Assembly (NCBI GenBank): GCA_964016885.1
Contig: OZ024743.1
Span: forward strand, 154,752,001 to 154,816,000
Direction of reading: 5' to 3'
DNA from: Eledone cirrhosa
Taxonomy: Eukaryota
Length of the DNA: 64,000 nt
In this document: positions 24,727-36,599 of the stretch, in pieces
How the letters are laid out: the number at the start of each line of letters is the position of its first letter
Position numbering within the stretch: position 1 is the stretch's first letter
Notes under the pieces: generated by a model
The model's database searches: none
The model's input: only the letters and a program-made list of their open reading frames with translations
Told to the model about the DNA's origin: nothing
Translations under genes and position numbers: made by a program

Positions 24727-25508
24727 TACTCTAAAATCTATATTTATGTTTAGTAGTCAAAGTAGCACCGGCGTGAAGCTACTTGGAAGACTATATATAA
24801 CTGTCAATAACTATATAAGGGATTAAGATATTTTTACAATCTATTCACAAAAGTTGCATAAGATAAAGCTTCTTTGAATTATGTCTATAATAGCAACATC
24901 CGACGAGAAAGAATTGAGCTATGCGACATGGATGAGGCAAAGTTGAAGAATATTACATTAAATGTTTTATAATTTCCGTAGAATATCTGTTTCTATTCCT
25001 TAATTTATTAATTTCTGTATTTAGATATTTTAAATAATTTACAAAATTAAGTTATGTAATATTTAAATACCGTTTAGCATTTCATATAATGACGTATTAT
25101 CTTCGTATGTTTCCGTTCATTGCCAGGGAACGTCTCCACACTTCATTTATACCATACACGTGGTTTTGTCTTTGCGTGTAATTGTTTTCACCGCTCCAAA
25201 TGATGACGTATTATCTTCGTTTTTTTTTCGTTCCTTGCCAGGGAACGTTTCCACGAAGCGCAGTATCGTCTTCCTCTTTTCCTTCGGTTGCGACGTTTTT
25301 CGAAATATTTACTTCACGTTCACAGATTGAATTTTTTTTAGTTTCAGAAGATCCCGTTAAGGGTGAAAGCAGCGATTCTTTGCTTAAATTTAATCTGTTA
25401 TTTTAATAAATATTTGCTCTACGGTTCTTATATATTTGATGTATATTTATCCTTATCGAGCCCTCTTTGGTTTATAGTCTTAAAATTTAATATTATTACT
25501 TTATATAC

Positions 25509-25600
<92 letters not shown>

Positions 25601-25799
25601 GTTTCTGAATTTGTTTAGCAAGATTCATTATCTGAAATAGTGTGTTGAAACCGATATTGTTATAATTTAGGAGGGTCATGTTGCCAATAAGAAACACACG
25701 CACCAGTTGCTTTCACTTCAATTTATTATAATAAATTTATAAATTTATAAATTTCTGGTTGGTTGGTTGGTTCCACAACCAGATAGTTGTTTATATATT

Positions 25800-25842
25800 G
25801 TCATAGTTCGTTCGTCACACACTCTGTGACCTCTTCAGTGAC
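25800..25842 (-). ncRNA. Minimal hammerhead motif, family E (GAAC variant)
   Basis: GTCA-CTGAAGA-g GTCACA gagtg TGTGAC-GAAC-gaac-TA-TGAC. Confidence 0.7.
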
Positions 25843-26055
25843 TGGGGATTCCTTTCTTTGTTTTTGTGCCGCTCCTTTGTTCTGTCCTACGCCATTTTGT
25901 TTCTGTGTGTGTGTTATGGGCTCAGTCTGCGCATGCGGCACATCCCGGTGTATGTGTGTGTTTATGTTCATTTATTTATTTGTTTATTTATATGTTACTG
26001 GTTGGTTGTTTGTTCTATGTGTGTGTGTGTTTTCATTTTGTCCTTAATTGTAAGT

Positions 26056-27570
26056 TGTGATGTTGCTGTTGCACTCATATTTTCTATTTAATTTTGGTTG
26101 TAATTATTTTATGTTTATTGCCTCTGTGATTTGTCTAAACATTGCGTCTTTTCTGTGTGTATATTCTATTTTTATTTCTATGTTCTCTAATTTACCCTTG
26201 TGTTCTATTTTAGCATGTTGGTAGAGTACAGATGATTCTTTACTATCTTGAATGTCTCGCCAGTGTCCATTTATCCGTTCCCCTACACTACGAGCTGTCT
26301 CACCTATGTAGACTATATTTTTGTCTCTACATTGTCCTTCAGTACATCTTATGCTATACACTACATTTCTAGTTTACAGTTAATATGGGAGCTTATTTTA
26401 AAGGTTATGCATTACTTATCTATACATGAGGGTCTTTGAAAAGGGTATGTCTTGCTAATAAGTGTTTTTACGGAGGTACCTCGTCTTTCTACTATCTTAA
26501 TATTGAGTTTATGTTTATCTAGGGCCCTTCTAGATTTGTAAGATAATTCACCTCTAGGGGTTGTATCGATGAACATTAGACTCTGGTATTTATTGCTATC
26601 ATACCATGAGTTTATTCTATTAGCCTTGTTCCTAGATCTTTCTATTATATTCCAAAATTTGCTCCTATACAAGGGGCAGGTCCCATTTATGTCATTATTT
26701 AACATTTTTTCCCATTTGGTTCTGGCTCCTCTATACACTCTGATTTTATCTCTCTGGTTGTAGCCAGAGAACTGCATACGGTGGATGAAGTGTTGTATGT
26801 GTCTCTCTAGTTCTTCGGGGTTGCACATGCGGGACACGTTTCTCATTACCCGTACCAAATCCGCAATCGGTATGTTGATTTTGGTATGGTCCGAAACGGC
26901 CGAGTTTCGGTGGATCAGATGTTTGAAAGTCATGGGTTTGGCATAATGGGAATGGAGGATTTGTTTTTTGTTATTAATGGTATCTAACCAGATCTCTGTG
27001 TCTAGTACAGGTAATCGATGGTTGGGGTGTTTATTGAGTAGTCTATAGTAACTCTAATGCTCTGGTGGATGGAGTTAGCTATTTGCTTGATGTTTTCCAT
27101 TGTGTTTTTCTCTAGTTCCTGACTATTCTCTAGTGGGGGTGTCTTAACTACGATGTTTATATCATCAACGTAGCCGGAGAACATTATCAGGGTTAAGGGG
27201 TCTTCTAATTGTTCTTTAAGTTTAAGTTTAAGTCTACTGTCCCACCATACCATGAATAAGTTAGCTATGTCGCCTGCAATGCTAACACCAATGGCTGCTT
27301 CTTCATCTTGGGCATATGCTTTTCCATTAAATTTGAACATATGTTCCTTAAGGGTTAGTTTTATGCTGGCCCCTACCGCATGTGCAATCATTTTCTTCAG
27401 TTCATCGTGATTTTCGGGTGTCCGTATGGCTCTGGTCCACCCGTTCCATCTATCTGCGTGGGTTGTCTTGGCCATTGAGGTAATGGTAGGTGGTCTGCCT
27501 CTTGCTGGTCTTGTAGGGCACAGGTTGCTAAGGTCATATGTGTCTAGGTAATTATTACTATAGGTAAGTT
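26056..27570 (-). pseudogene. Inverted duplicate of PLE RT C-half + GIY-YIG endonuclease
   Basis: AAIGVSIAGDIANLFM, GYVDD, VYSIRC...VYIGET.RS..ERI..H; mirrors 28186-29701. Confidence 0.9.
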
Positions 27571-29701
27571 CATGCAGCGCTCGCGTAATGGAGAGATAGC
27601 ATGCTTTCCAACAGACAAGTCTGGCAGAATGTCGGTTGACAGCCTGCCAAACTACATCCAGGCAATGCAACCCCACATCACTAACACAAGATAGGTAACA
27701 CCACAGGAGCATGAGGATAGAGAAAAAGCCCTCAATGCCCATATGGTGATGTGGACGAATGTAATGCAGCCCAACAAAAGGACTGCCAACAACTTCCAGG
27801 CCTGGAACAATGACGTGCCGGCGTTGTATGGGCTTCGAAAAGACCATAAAACGGACGGTGACCCAGTCGCGGGACCACACACATGGCCAGTCTGTGGAGC
27901 TAACATTGCTAGTAAATACAGACTGTCCTACTTCCTCTCCCTGATCATACGCCCCATCATTGAAATGTCCCCAGATGTATGTGACAGCACGGAGGACCTC
28001 CTCAGCAGAATCGACGAGAGCAACCGATCTAGGGACCTAACAAACTGCATAATAGGTGTTATGGATGTTGTGTCCCTGTATGCATCTATTGACGTGGATT
28101 TTTCTGTGGAGAAATGCGTAGAAATGATCATTGAGAGTAATGTTGAGTTCCGTGGGATTCATACTTGAGCTTGGACTCCTACTTAAACTTACCTATAGTA
28201 ATAATTACCTAGACACATATGACCTTAGCAACCTGTGCCCTACAATACCAGCAAGAGGCAGACCACCTACCATTACCTCAATGGCCAAGACAACCCACAC
28301 AGATAGATGGAACGGGTGGACCAGAGCCATACGGACACCCGAAAACCACGATGAACTGAAGAAAATGATTTCACATGCGGTAGGGGCCAGCATAAAACTA
28401 ACCCTTAAGGAACATATGTTCAAATTTAATGGAAAAACATATGCCCAAGAGGAAGGAGCAGCCATTGGTGTTAGCATTGCAGGCGACATAGCTAACATAT
28501 TCATGGTATGGTGGGACAGTAGACTTAAACTTAAACTTAAAGAACAATTAGAAGACCCCTTAACCCTGATAATATTCTCCCGCTACGTTGATGATATAAA
28601 CATCGTAGTTAAGACACCCCCACTAGAGAACAGTCAGGAACTAGAGAAAAACACAATGGAAAGCATCCAGCAAATAGCTAGCTCCATCCACCAGAGCATT
28701 AGAGTTACTATAGACTACCCAATAAACACCCCAACCATCGATTACCTGTACTAGACACAGAGATCTGGTTAGATACCATTAATAACAAAAAACAAATCCT
28801 CCATTCCCATTATGCCAAACCCATGACTTTCAAACATCTGATCCACCGAAACTCGGCCGTTTCGGACCATACCCATATCAACATACCGATTGCGGATTTG
28901 GTACGGATGATGAGAAACGTGTCCCGCATGTGCAACCCCGATGAACTAGAGAGACACATACAACACTTCATCCACCGTATGCAGTTCTCTCGCTACAATC
29001 AGAGAGATAAAATCAGAGTGTATAGAGGAGCCAGAACCAAATAGGAAAAAATGGTAAATAATGACATGAGTGGGACCTGCCCCGTGTATAGGAGCAAATT
29101 TTGGAATAGAATAGAAAGAACTAGGAACAAGGCTAATATAATAAACTCATGGTATGATAGCAATAAATACCAGAGTGTAATGTTCATCGATACAACCCCT
29201 AGAGGTGAATTATCTTACACATTTAGAAGGGCCCTAGATAAACATAAACTCAATATTAAGATAGTAGAAAGACGAGGTACCTCCGTAAAAACACTTATTA
29301 GCAAGACATACCCTTTTCAAAGACCCTCATGTATAGATAAGTAATGCATAACCTGTAAGATTAGCCCCCATATTAACTGTAAACTAGAAATGTAGTGTAT
29401 AGCATAAGATGTACTGAAGGACAATGTAGAGACAAAAATATAGTCTACATATGTGAGACAGCTCGTAGTGTAGGGGAACGGATAAATGAACACTGGCGAG
29501 ACATTCAAGATAGTAAAGAATCATCTGTACTCTACCAACATGCTAAAATAGAACACAAGGGTAAATTAGAGAACATAGAAATAAAAATAGAATATACACA
29601 CAGAAAAGACGCAATGTTTAGACAAATCACAGAGGCAATAAACATAAAATAATTACAACCAAAATTAAATAGAAAATATGAGTGGAACAGCAACATCACA
29701 A
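27571..29701 (+). pseudogene. PLE reverse transcriptase + GIY-YIG endonuclease (clade unassigned), 5'-truncated
   Basis: PTDKSG, PALYGLRKDHK, MDVVSLY.SID, QEEGAAIG, RYVDD, LPVLD (shifted frame), VYSIRC..VYI.ET, RQITEA; several stops and frameshifts. Confidence 0.92.
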
Positions 29702-29913
29702 CTTACAATTAAGGACAAAATGAAAACACACACACACATAGAACAAACAACCAACCAGTAACATGTAAATAAACAAATAAATAAATGAACATAAACACAC
29801 ACATACACCCGGATGTGGCGCATGCGCAGACTGAGCACACAACACACGCACAGAAACAAAATGGCGTAGGGCAGAACAAAGGAGAGGCACAAAAACAAAG
29901 AAAGTAATCCCCA

Positions 29914-29956
29914 GTAACTGAAGAGGTCACAGAGTGTGTGACGAAAGAACTATAAC
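29914..29956 (+). ncRNA. Minimal hammerhead motif, family E
   Basis: GTAA-CTGAAGA-g GTCACA gagtg TGTGAC-GAAA-gaac-TA-TAAC, about 210 nt downstream of the endonuclease. Confidence 0.75.
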
Positions 29957-30430
29957 AATATATAAACAACTATTTGGTTGTGGAACCAACCAACCAACCA
30001 GAAATTTATAAATTTATGAATTTATTATAATCAATTGAAGTGAAAGCATCTGGTGCGTGTGTTTCTTATTGGCAACATGACCCTCCCAAAGTATAAATAT
30101 ATATATATATATATAATTGAATATATGAGACGGATGACAAACGACGATACAATTGTACTTGTGTTCCAATTACAAATGCCCATGTTACCTAGGTTCAAAT
30201 TATAATAATTTAAAATAATCTGGTTTGCCTGTCTCGATTTAAAGTAATAAATCAATAACACAAACCTATATCGGGCAATAGCCTTTGATACCCGGACAGA
30301 TCAGGTATACTTGTATCGGTGTTCATCCCTCTCATATACTCAATTATATTACGCGTCTTTCGGAAAGATTCTCTTCTTTGAGCTATTTAATTGTAAAAGA
30401 CTATGTTGAATTTCTAACTAAAACCATGAT

Positions 30431-30630
<200 letters not shown>

Positions 30631-30875
30631 GTAATTCCGTCGGAAAGGTCCAGGAAAAAAGAGTGCTCTATGTAGTGTGTGCATGTGCTTTTATCTACAT
30701 TTATACTTGTGTGTGCATGTGTGTGTATCTACTTTTCCAGCCTCACTTTCGTATAGATTATATTTTTGTTTTCAAAATCCACTATCAATATATACACCAG
30801 GACTTTTTCATTCTGATGATTGAAAACAAATTTTGTGTGCTTTTAAGAAATAATTATCTTATGTTGTTTATTACA

Positions 30876-30926
<51 letters not shown>

Positions 30927-31112
30927 CTATAGTGATAGCTATGGTGCTTCCGTAGGCAGTATGCCAAAATTAGCACTCGATATTCATCAGAGTAGTGTGT
31001 ACATAATATAAAGAAAACAAAAAATCAGTGATGCATCTGGACTTAGTTTATTCCGTGTTACAAATGAGAAAAGGCAAAAACAGCTACTAAACATAAGTCC
31101 GTGGCTTTTGTT

Positions 31113-31153
<41 letters not shown>

Positions 31154-31190
31154 TTAAAAGAATACAGGTGTAACACACGAGTTATGATAC

Positions 31191-31741
31191 ATTGGTAAAA
31201 GGAAAAAAAATGCTGACAAATTGTTCCCAGTGAAAAATAGTTTAATTAGGAATAAGTAAAAATTAGTAATAGTATTGGTTAGTATTCAGTTTTAGTTTTA
31301 AGTTTTACCGGTTGCGCATTTCTAATGGTTTTCAAAAAAAATTTGGAGATAGAGCGCCCGTGATGTTTGCTCTAATCTGATTAGTTTTGGAAATTCTACC
31401 TGTTTTATGTAAAAAAAGTGGCTCCAGATGTGTGAAAAAATTGTTGTGGTCAAAACAATTTTGATTGGTCGGTAGAGGTCATGTGAATGTTAAAAATTGA
31501 TTTTGCGCCAAATGTAGGTTTGTCTCGGCTGATTGAGAAGTCACTGAAAAATAAGTCTTTCAAGACAAATATCTGTGTGTGTGTGTGTAGTAATAGTAGT
31601 AGTAGTAAAGAGGTTCGTTGTTGTGATAATGGTCAGCAGGGATGTGTGTGCGAACCGCAGCCTTCTGACAGTTCAAATGGCCATTAAGACAAGTGTGTGT
31701 GTGTGTATATGCCTCTTTGTATGTTAATGTACGAGTGTGTA

Positions 31742-31772
<31 letters not shown>

Positions 31773-33866
31773 ATGTGTGTGTGTGTATGTGTATGTATGT
31801 GTGTGTGTCTGTGTGTGTGTGTGTGTGTGTGAGAATGTGTGTGTGTGTGTAAGTGGACCAGTATTTTTGTGATACTGGTAAAAATGGTCTACATTATTCG
31901 ATATTTTCAGTAAAAACAATTCTCTCAATAGAACATAAAAAACCTTAATAATAAAAGGTGTGAAATGATATATAGTATTGGCATAAGATCAAGGTGTGTG
32001 TGAGTGTCCAGATGGTACGTACTGCAAGGGGAATCCATTAGGACTTGCCGTATTGGAATACTCGTGTACAAATATGTATGTGCCCATCTGTGTGCAATGC
32101 ATGTGTGCGTATACGCATGTGTGTGTGTGTCGGCACGTTTATATTTATAGACATCAAAAGGTATGCACATTTGTGTATATGTGTGTTGCATCATAGAACA
32201 TGTGTGTTTACGTATGTCATTGTGTTTATATGTGGATAGAGATGTAAGCTGATGTAGGTATGTATGTTGACGTGTGTATGTTGTGGGTTCGTCTTAGGGA
32301 GAAGTGTTTAGACGGTTTCCGTATTTATTAATAAAGTGAGATTCCTTGCTGATGCGCTGGTTGTGGGTGGCATTATCTTTAAATTTGTAGAGGGGAAAGA
32401 TTCTGAATGTTGGGATGATTTGGGGCGGCACAGGTATCAATGTGTTCACTCAGTGGTATTTTCCTGTATTCCCGTATTTTAATTTGGGATCTATGGACAG
32501 TCATGCGTTGGCGGAGGCTTTCTTTGGTCTGGCCAATGTATTGTTCTCGACAACCTGAGCAAGTTAATACATATATTAGATTTTCTGATGTGCATATGAA
32601 ATTGTGTTTTACTATCAAACGTTGTCCTTCTTTGAAATATAATTCCGAACCCTCTCTTAGGTTGATGCATATGCCACAGTTGGGTCTATCGCATTGTTTT
32701 ACTGTGGGGTTCGTTGTTATGGTTGGCAGTACTTTGGCATGTGTTAGGATGTTTTTCATTGACTTAGATTGTCTTTTGCTCTTTATGATATCGCGTGTTC
32801 GTAGGATTTGATTCATTCTATGGTCCTTTTTCAACACAGGGATGTTCTGAAGCATGGTGTCAAAGTCCTCATTGTTGAGGGGGTTGTGTGTGGAGATGTA
32901 TGGAAGAGCTTTTAGTTTCGATTTGATTGACTTTAGGGTGTCTAAGGTCCTGGGTACTGAGTTCTAGGGCACGTTGGATTCCATTGTCAATTAGTGATGT
33001 AGGGTAATCCCTGCCTATGAGTGTGTCCTTTAGTTCTTGTAACAGGTGTTTTTATTGGAGACTATAGTACAGATTCTCTTGGCTAAGTTGTAGGGAATAT
33101 TAATTTTAACGTGTCTACGGTGGCAACGGTTGAAAGTAAGATATTGCTTGGAGTTTGTGGGCTTGTAGTATATGTCGTTTTCTATTTTTTTGTTATGAAT
33201 CTTAATGAGGATGTCGAGGAAAGGGAGTTGTTGATGGCTGTATTCCATTGTGAAGTTAATATTCGTGTTGAGCCAATTTATAAGGGTGTGACATTCTTTA
33301 AGTTTCTCGATGTTTTCGTGCCAAAGGATGAAGCAGTCATCTCGATATCGCTTCCAGTTCCTTTCTATGTGTAAGTAGAGAGTGTTTCCAAATTTGCTTA
33401 GTACTTTGGTGTAGAGGGTGATTTTCATGTATCCCATGACTAGGTTGGCATAAGTGGGGGCTGTTTTCTTTCCCATTGCGGTCCCAGATTTCTGCCTGTA
33501 GGGTTTGTTATTGAAAACGAAGTAATTGTTCTCCAAGGCAAATTTGGCGCAAAATCAATTTTTAACATTCACACGACCTCTACCCACCAATTAAATTTGT
33601 TTTGACAACAAGAATTTTTCACACATCTGGAGCCACTTTTTTTTATATAAAGCAGGTAGAACTTCCAAAACTAATCAGATTAGAGCAAACATGACGGGCA
33701 CTCTATCTCAAAATTATTTTTTGAAAAGCATTAGAAATGCGCAACCGGTAAGTCTTAAAACCAAAACTGAATACTAACCAATACTATTACTAATTTTTAC
33801 TTATTCCTAATTAAACTATTTTTCACTGGGAACAATTTGTCAGCATTTTCTTTTCCTTTTACCAAT
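31191..33866 (-). mobile_element. 5'-truncated PLE (Neptune-like) with inverted terminal repeat of about 320 bp
   Basis: 31191-31513 is the reverse complement of 33542-33866; the junction overlaps the ORF at GCGCCAAAT; right end abuts (TA)n. Confidence 0.88.
32295..33550 (-). pseudogene. PLE RT C-half + zinc-finger linker + GIY-YIG endonuclease
   Basis: NNYFVFN..YRQKSGTAMG..APTYANL, RYRDDCF, LPFLD, YYKPT; C..PNCGIC, NLIYVLTC..C..QYIGQT..LRQRMTVH. Confidence 0.92.
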
Positions 33867-33892
33867 ATATATATATATATGTATAAATAATT

Positions 33893-33949
<57 letters not shown>

Positions 33950-34149
33950 TTGGGGAGGGTCATATTTGCGTAATATTGCCAGAATTAATAACAGAACACA
34001 CTCACTGTTTGGTTGGTTTTCGCTTCTCGCTGTCTTTTATATATATATATCTGCGATCTAACTTACTCGGTCCTCAATGTTGCCATTGACTGACCGGCGG
34101 TCAAAAATAATACAGATACAATATAGACAAACACATATATATATAGTTT

Positions 34150-34190
34150 ACATAAATCTTTCGTTGCACATCTGCAACATCGTCAGTGGT
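34150..34190 (-). ncRNA. Minimal hammerhead motif, family B pseudo-LTR (33948-34380)
   Basis: CA-CTGACGA-t GTTGCA gatg TGCAAC-GAAA-gatt-TA-TG. Confidence 0.65.
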
Positions 34191-35503
34191 GTTATATTCA
34201 TTGTTCCTCCTGTTGTGTTGTATGTCTACGCCATTTTTTTTGTTCAGTCTGTCTATATATTTATTTATTTATTTGCTTGTTTGTTTATCTTATTTTATTT
34301 TGTCTTCTTTGCGCATGCGTTTGCGTGTGTGTATAGTGTTATGTGTGATGTGTGACTAGTGTGTATAGTGTTGTGTCTGCTGGGTGACTAGTGTGTGTTT
34401 ATGACATATATATATATATATATATATATGTCAACAAAAGCCTCAGACTTATGTTTTTGTCTTTTCTCTTTCTCTTTCTGCGGTTACTTACATACTTACA
34501 TCTGCTCTGCTGGTGTTCGCCCCTATGTTCGCAGGGTTTTTCTCATTTTTGACTTTTTTTCCCTTCTGTTTAAATTTGTCCTTTCTCTTCCTTTCTCCCC
34601 AATAACCTCCAGAGCTTATTGTCCCGCGTCTGTGCTTTCCTCTTATTTTTAAATACACTTTATCAAATAACCACACAGCTCCCATAGATTTTAGAGACAC
34701 TCACACATTTTACCCTCCGTACTTTGTTTTGTTATCGTCTCTAATTTCATATACATCTCTCCAGCGGAGTGGTTCTCCGATATGTCGCAAATTCATAAAA
34801 TACATTACGGCCAATTATTTTATAATTTATAAATATTACGGCCAATTATTTAATAATACAGAATAACGTGATACACTCAAACGTCATAGCGCATTTCAAT
34901 TATGAATGAGAAGGAAATTTGATTTATCATCTATCTATATACTACTAAACTCTGATCTTGCGTGCTTGCTTGCTTGTCTGTTATGTAATACAGCCAAAAG
35001 GGCGCATAAAGGGTAAATACCTTGAAAGCAAGTTGCCTCTGAAATGGGAATACAAATTGAATAGAACAAGTTTCGCGAAAATCTGACCCCGGGTTCCCGA
35101 GATTCGCGGGTTTTGTGGGTACCTTCGTAAATAGCCACAACGGTGCATACTGGGAAAATATCTCGAAATTAACATGCCCTGCAAAACTTTGTAAATAACC
35201 AAAACATTGCATAATGAGAAAATTCTCTGAATAAAACAAGTTTGGCGTAAATAGCACATGGACAACATTTTCAATTTTCCAAAAATAGCAAGGAATTCGT
35301 TTAAATTCAATTTATCGTATTTTATAATGAATATCGAAAGAAATAATGCGTTTGTTTTTTGGTTGTCCATTCTGTAGGTAAGAGAGACAGAGAGAGGGTG
35401 AGAGAGAGAAAGAGAGAGAGTGGGGGGATGAGAGAGAGAGGGGGATTACAGATAGGGAAAGAGACATCGTCCTTAACTTTTATTTATTTTAACTCTCCTC
35501 CTA

Positions 35504-35747
35504 TCCATAACATTATTTCTTTCTCTCTCTTTCACTGTTATACTGCCACAATGTGTATCTGTATGTGTATCTGTGCCAGTGCATGTGTTTACGTACTTAG
35601 AGACATGTATGTGTGTATGTGGGGAAGAGACAGCGTCCATAACGTTATTTCTTTCTCTCTCTTTCACAGTTATACTGCCACCCTGTGTATCTGTATGTGT
35701 ATGTGTGCCAGTGCATGTGTTTACGTACTTAGAGACATGTGTGTGTA
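35504..35747. repeat. Tandem duplication with a period of about 132 bp inside Helitron 1
   Basis: TCCATAAC.TTATTTCTTTCTCTCTCTTTCAC...GTACTTAGAGACATGT occurs twice. Confidence 0.9.
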
Positions 35748-36599
35748 ACAGTACTTAAGTTAGAGACATATACTCTTTTACGCTTTTACTCTTTTACCTG
35801 TTTCAGCCATCCGGATGAGGCCATGATGGGGCACCGCCCTATATATATATATATATTTGTGTGTGTGTGTGTGTGTAGGATACCTTCGTAAATAGCCAAA
35901 ATGGTGCATAACTGAACAATAGCCCTGTAAGTGATATAACCCTGAAATGGGGATAAAACAGGTTTGACATAAATCAACATGAGAATATTTCTCGAATGAT
36001 GAAAATAGTTTAATAATTATTTTAAAAAAATGTTTCAATGATTTCTCAATGAATTTGATTTCAAAACTACAAGTTGTTTGTACTTCAAGCTTTCTTTAAA
36101 CAGACGATATTTTAATAACCAGAAAAGCATTAAGTGAATATCACTGAAAAATACCAGTTGGTGTTAAACAGTAGGTGTTTATATTTTTGCTTTCGTTAAA
36201 AAAATATTTCAATTATTTAGAAATATTTTAAAGTGAATTTGATTTCACAAATAGCTTTATTTACACAGACAATATCTTCAATTTCTTAAAATTATTTTCA
36301 AGTGAATACGATGGAAAAAATATTTCTTGGCATATTTAAAAAAATATTCTTAAGTGAAAATGACATATAAAATACAAATTATTTGTACACTGAGTATATA
36401 TATTTCAGCTTTCTTTAAACAGAATATTTTAATTATTACTAAGTTTTTTTTAAGTGAATATGATTTGAAAAATACGAGTTGTTTAAAGAGACAATATTTT
36501 CATTATTTAGAAATATTTCTAAATGATGATTTAAAACAAATATTTGTTGAGGTAATAGGATTTTTTTCTAAGGTGACTACGATTTTCTATTCTTAAATA

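Larger units (their letters stand above)
25661..30096. mobile_element. PLE folded into a 4.4-kb inverted repeat (arms about 1.9 kb, 615-bp spacer)
   Basis: 25661-27570 is the reverse complement of 28186-30096; the spacer is upstream RT sequence on the + strand; both outer ends lie next to (TA)n. Confidence 0.95.

Noticed and set aside
27571-27880. N-terminal part of the 292-aa minus-strand ORF 27002..27880 as a novel domain
   Set aside because: It is the antisense reading of the + strand RT in the spacer, fused by the inversion junction
33718-33848. GAAATGCGCA and GAACAATTTGTCAGCA in the Neptune-like inverted repeat as HHR halves
   Set aside because: No intact CTGANGA/CCGANGA box with matching stems in either arm
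35785-35840. Short fragment resembling a second octopus SINE (TTTTACCTGTTTCAGCCAT...GGCCATG...GCACCGCC)
   Set aside because: Only about 55 bp and recognised from memory; no second copy in the window
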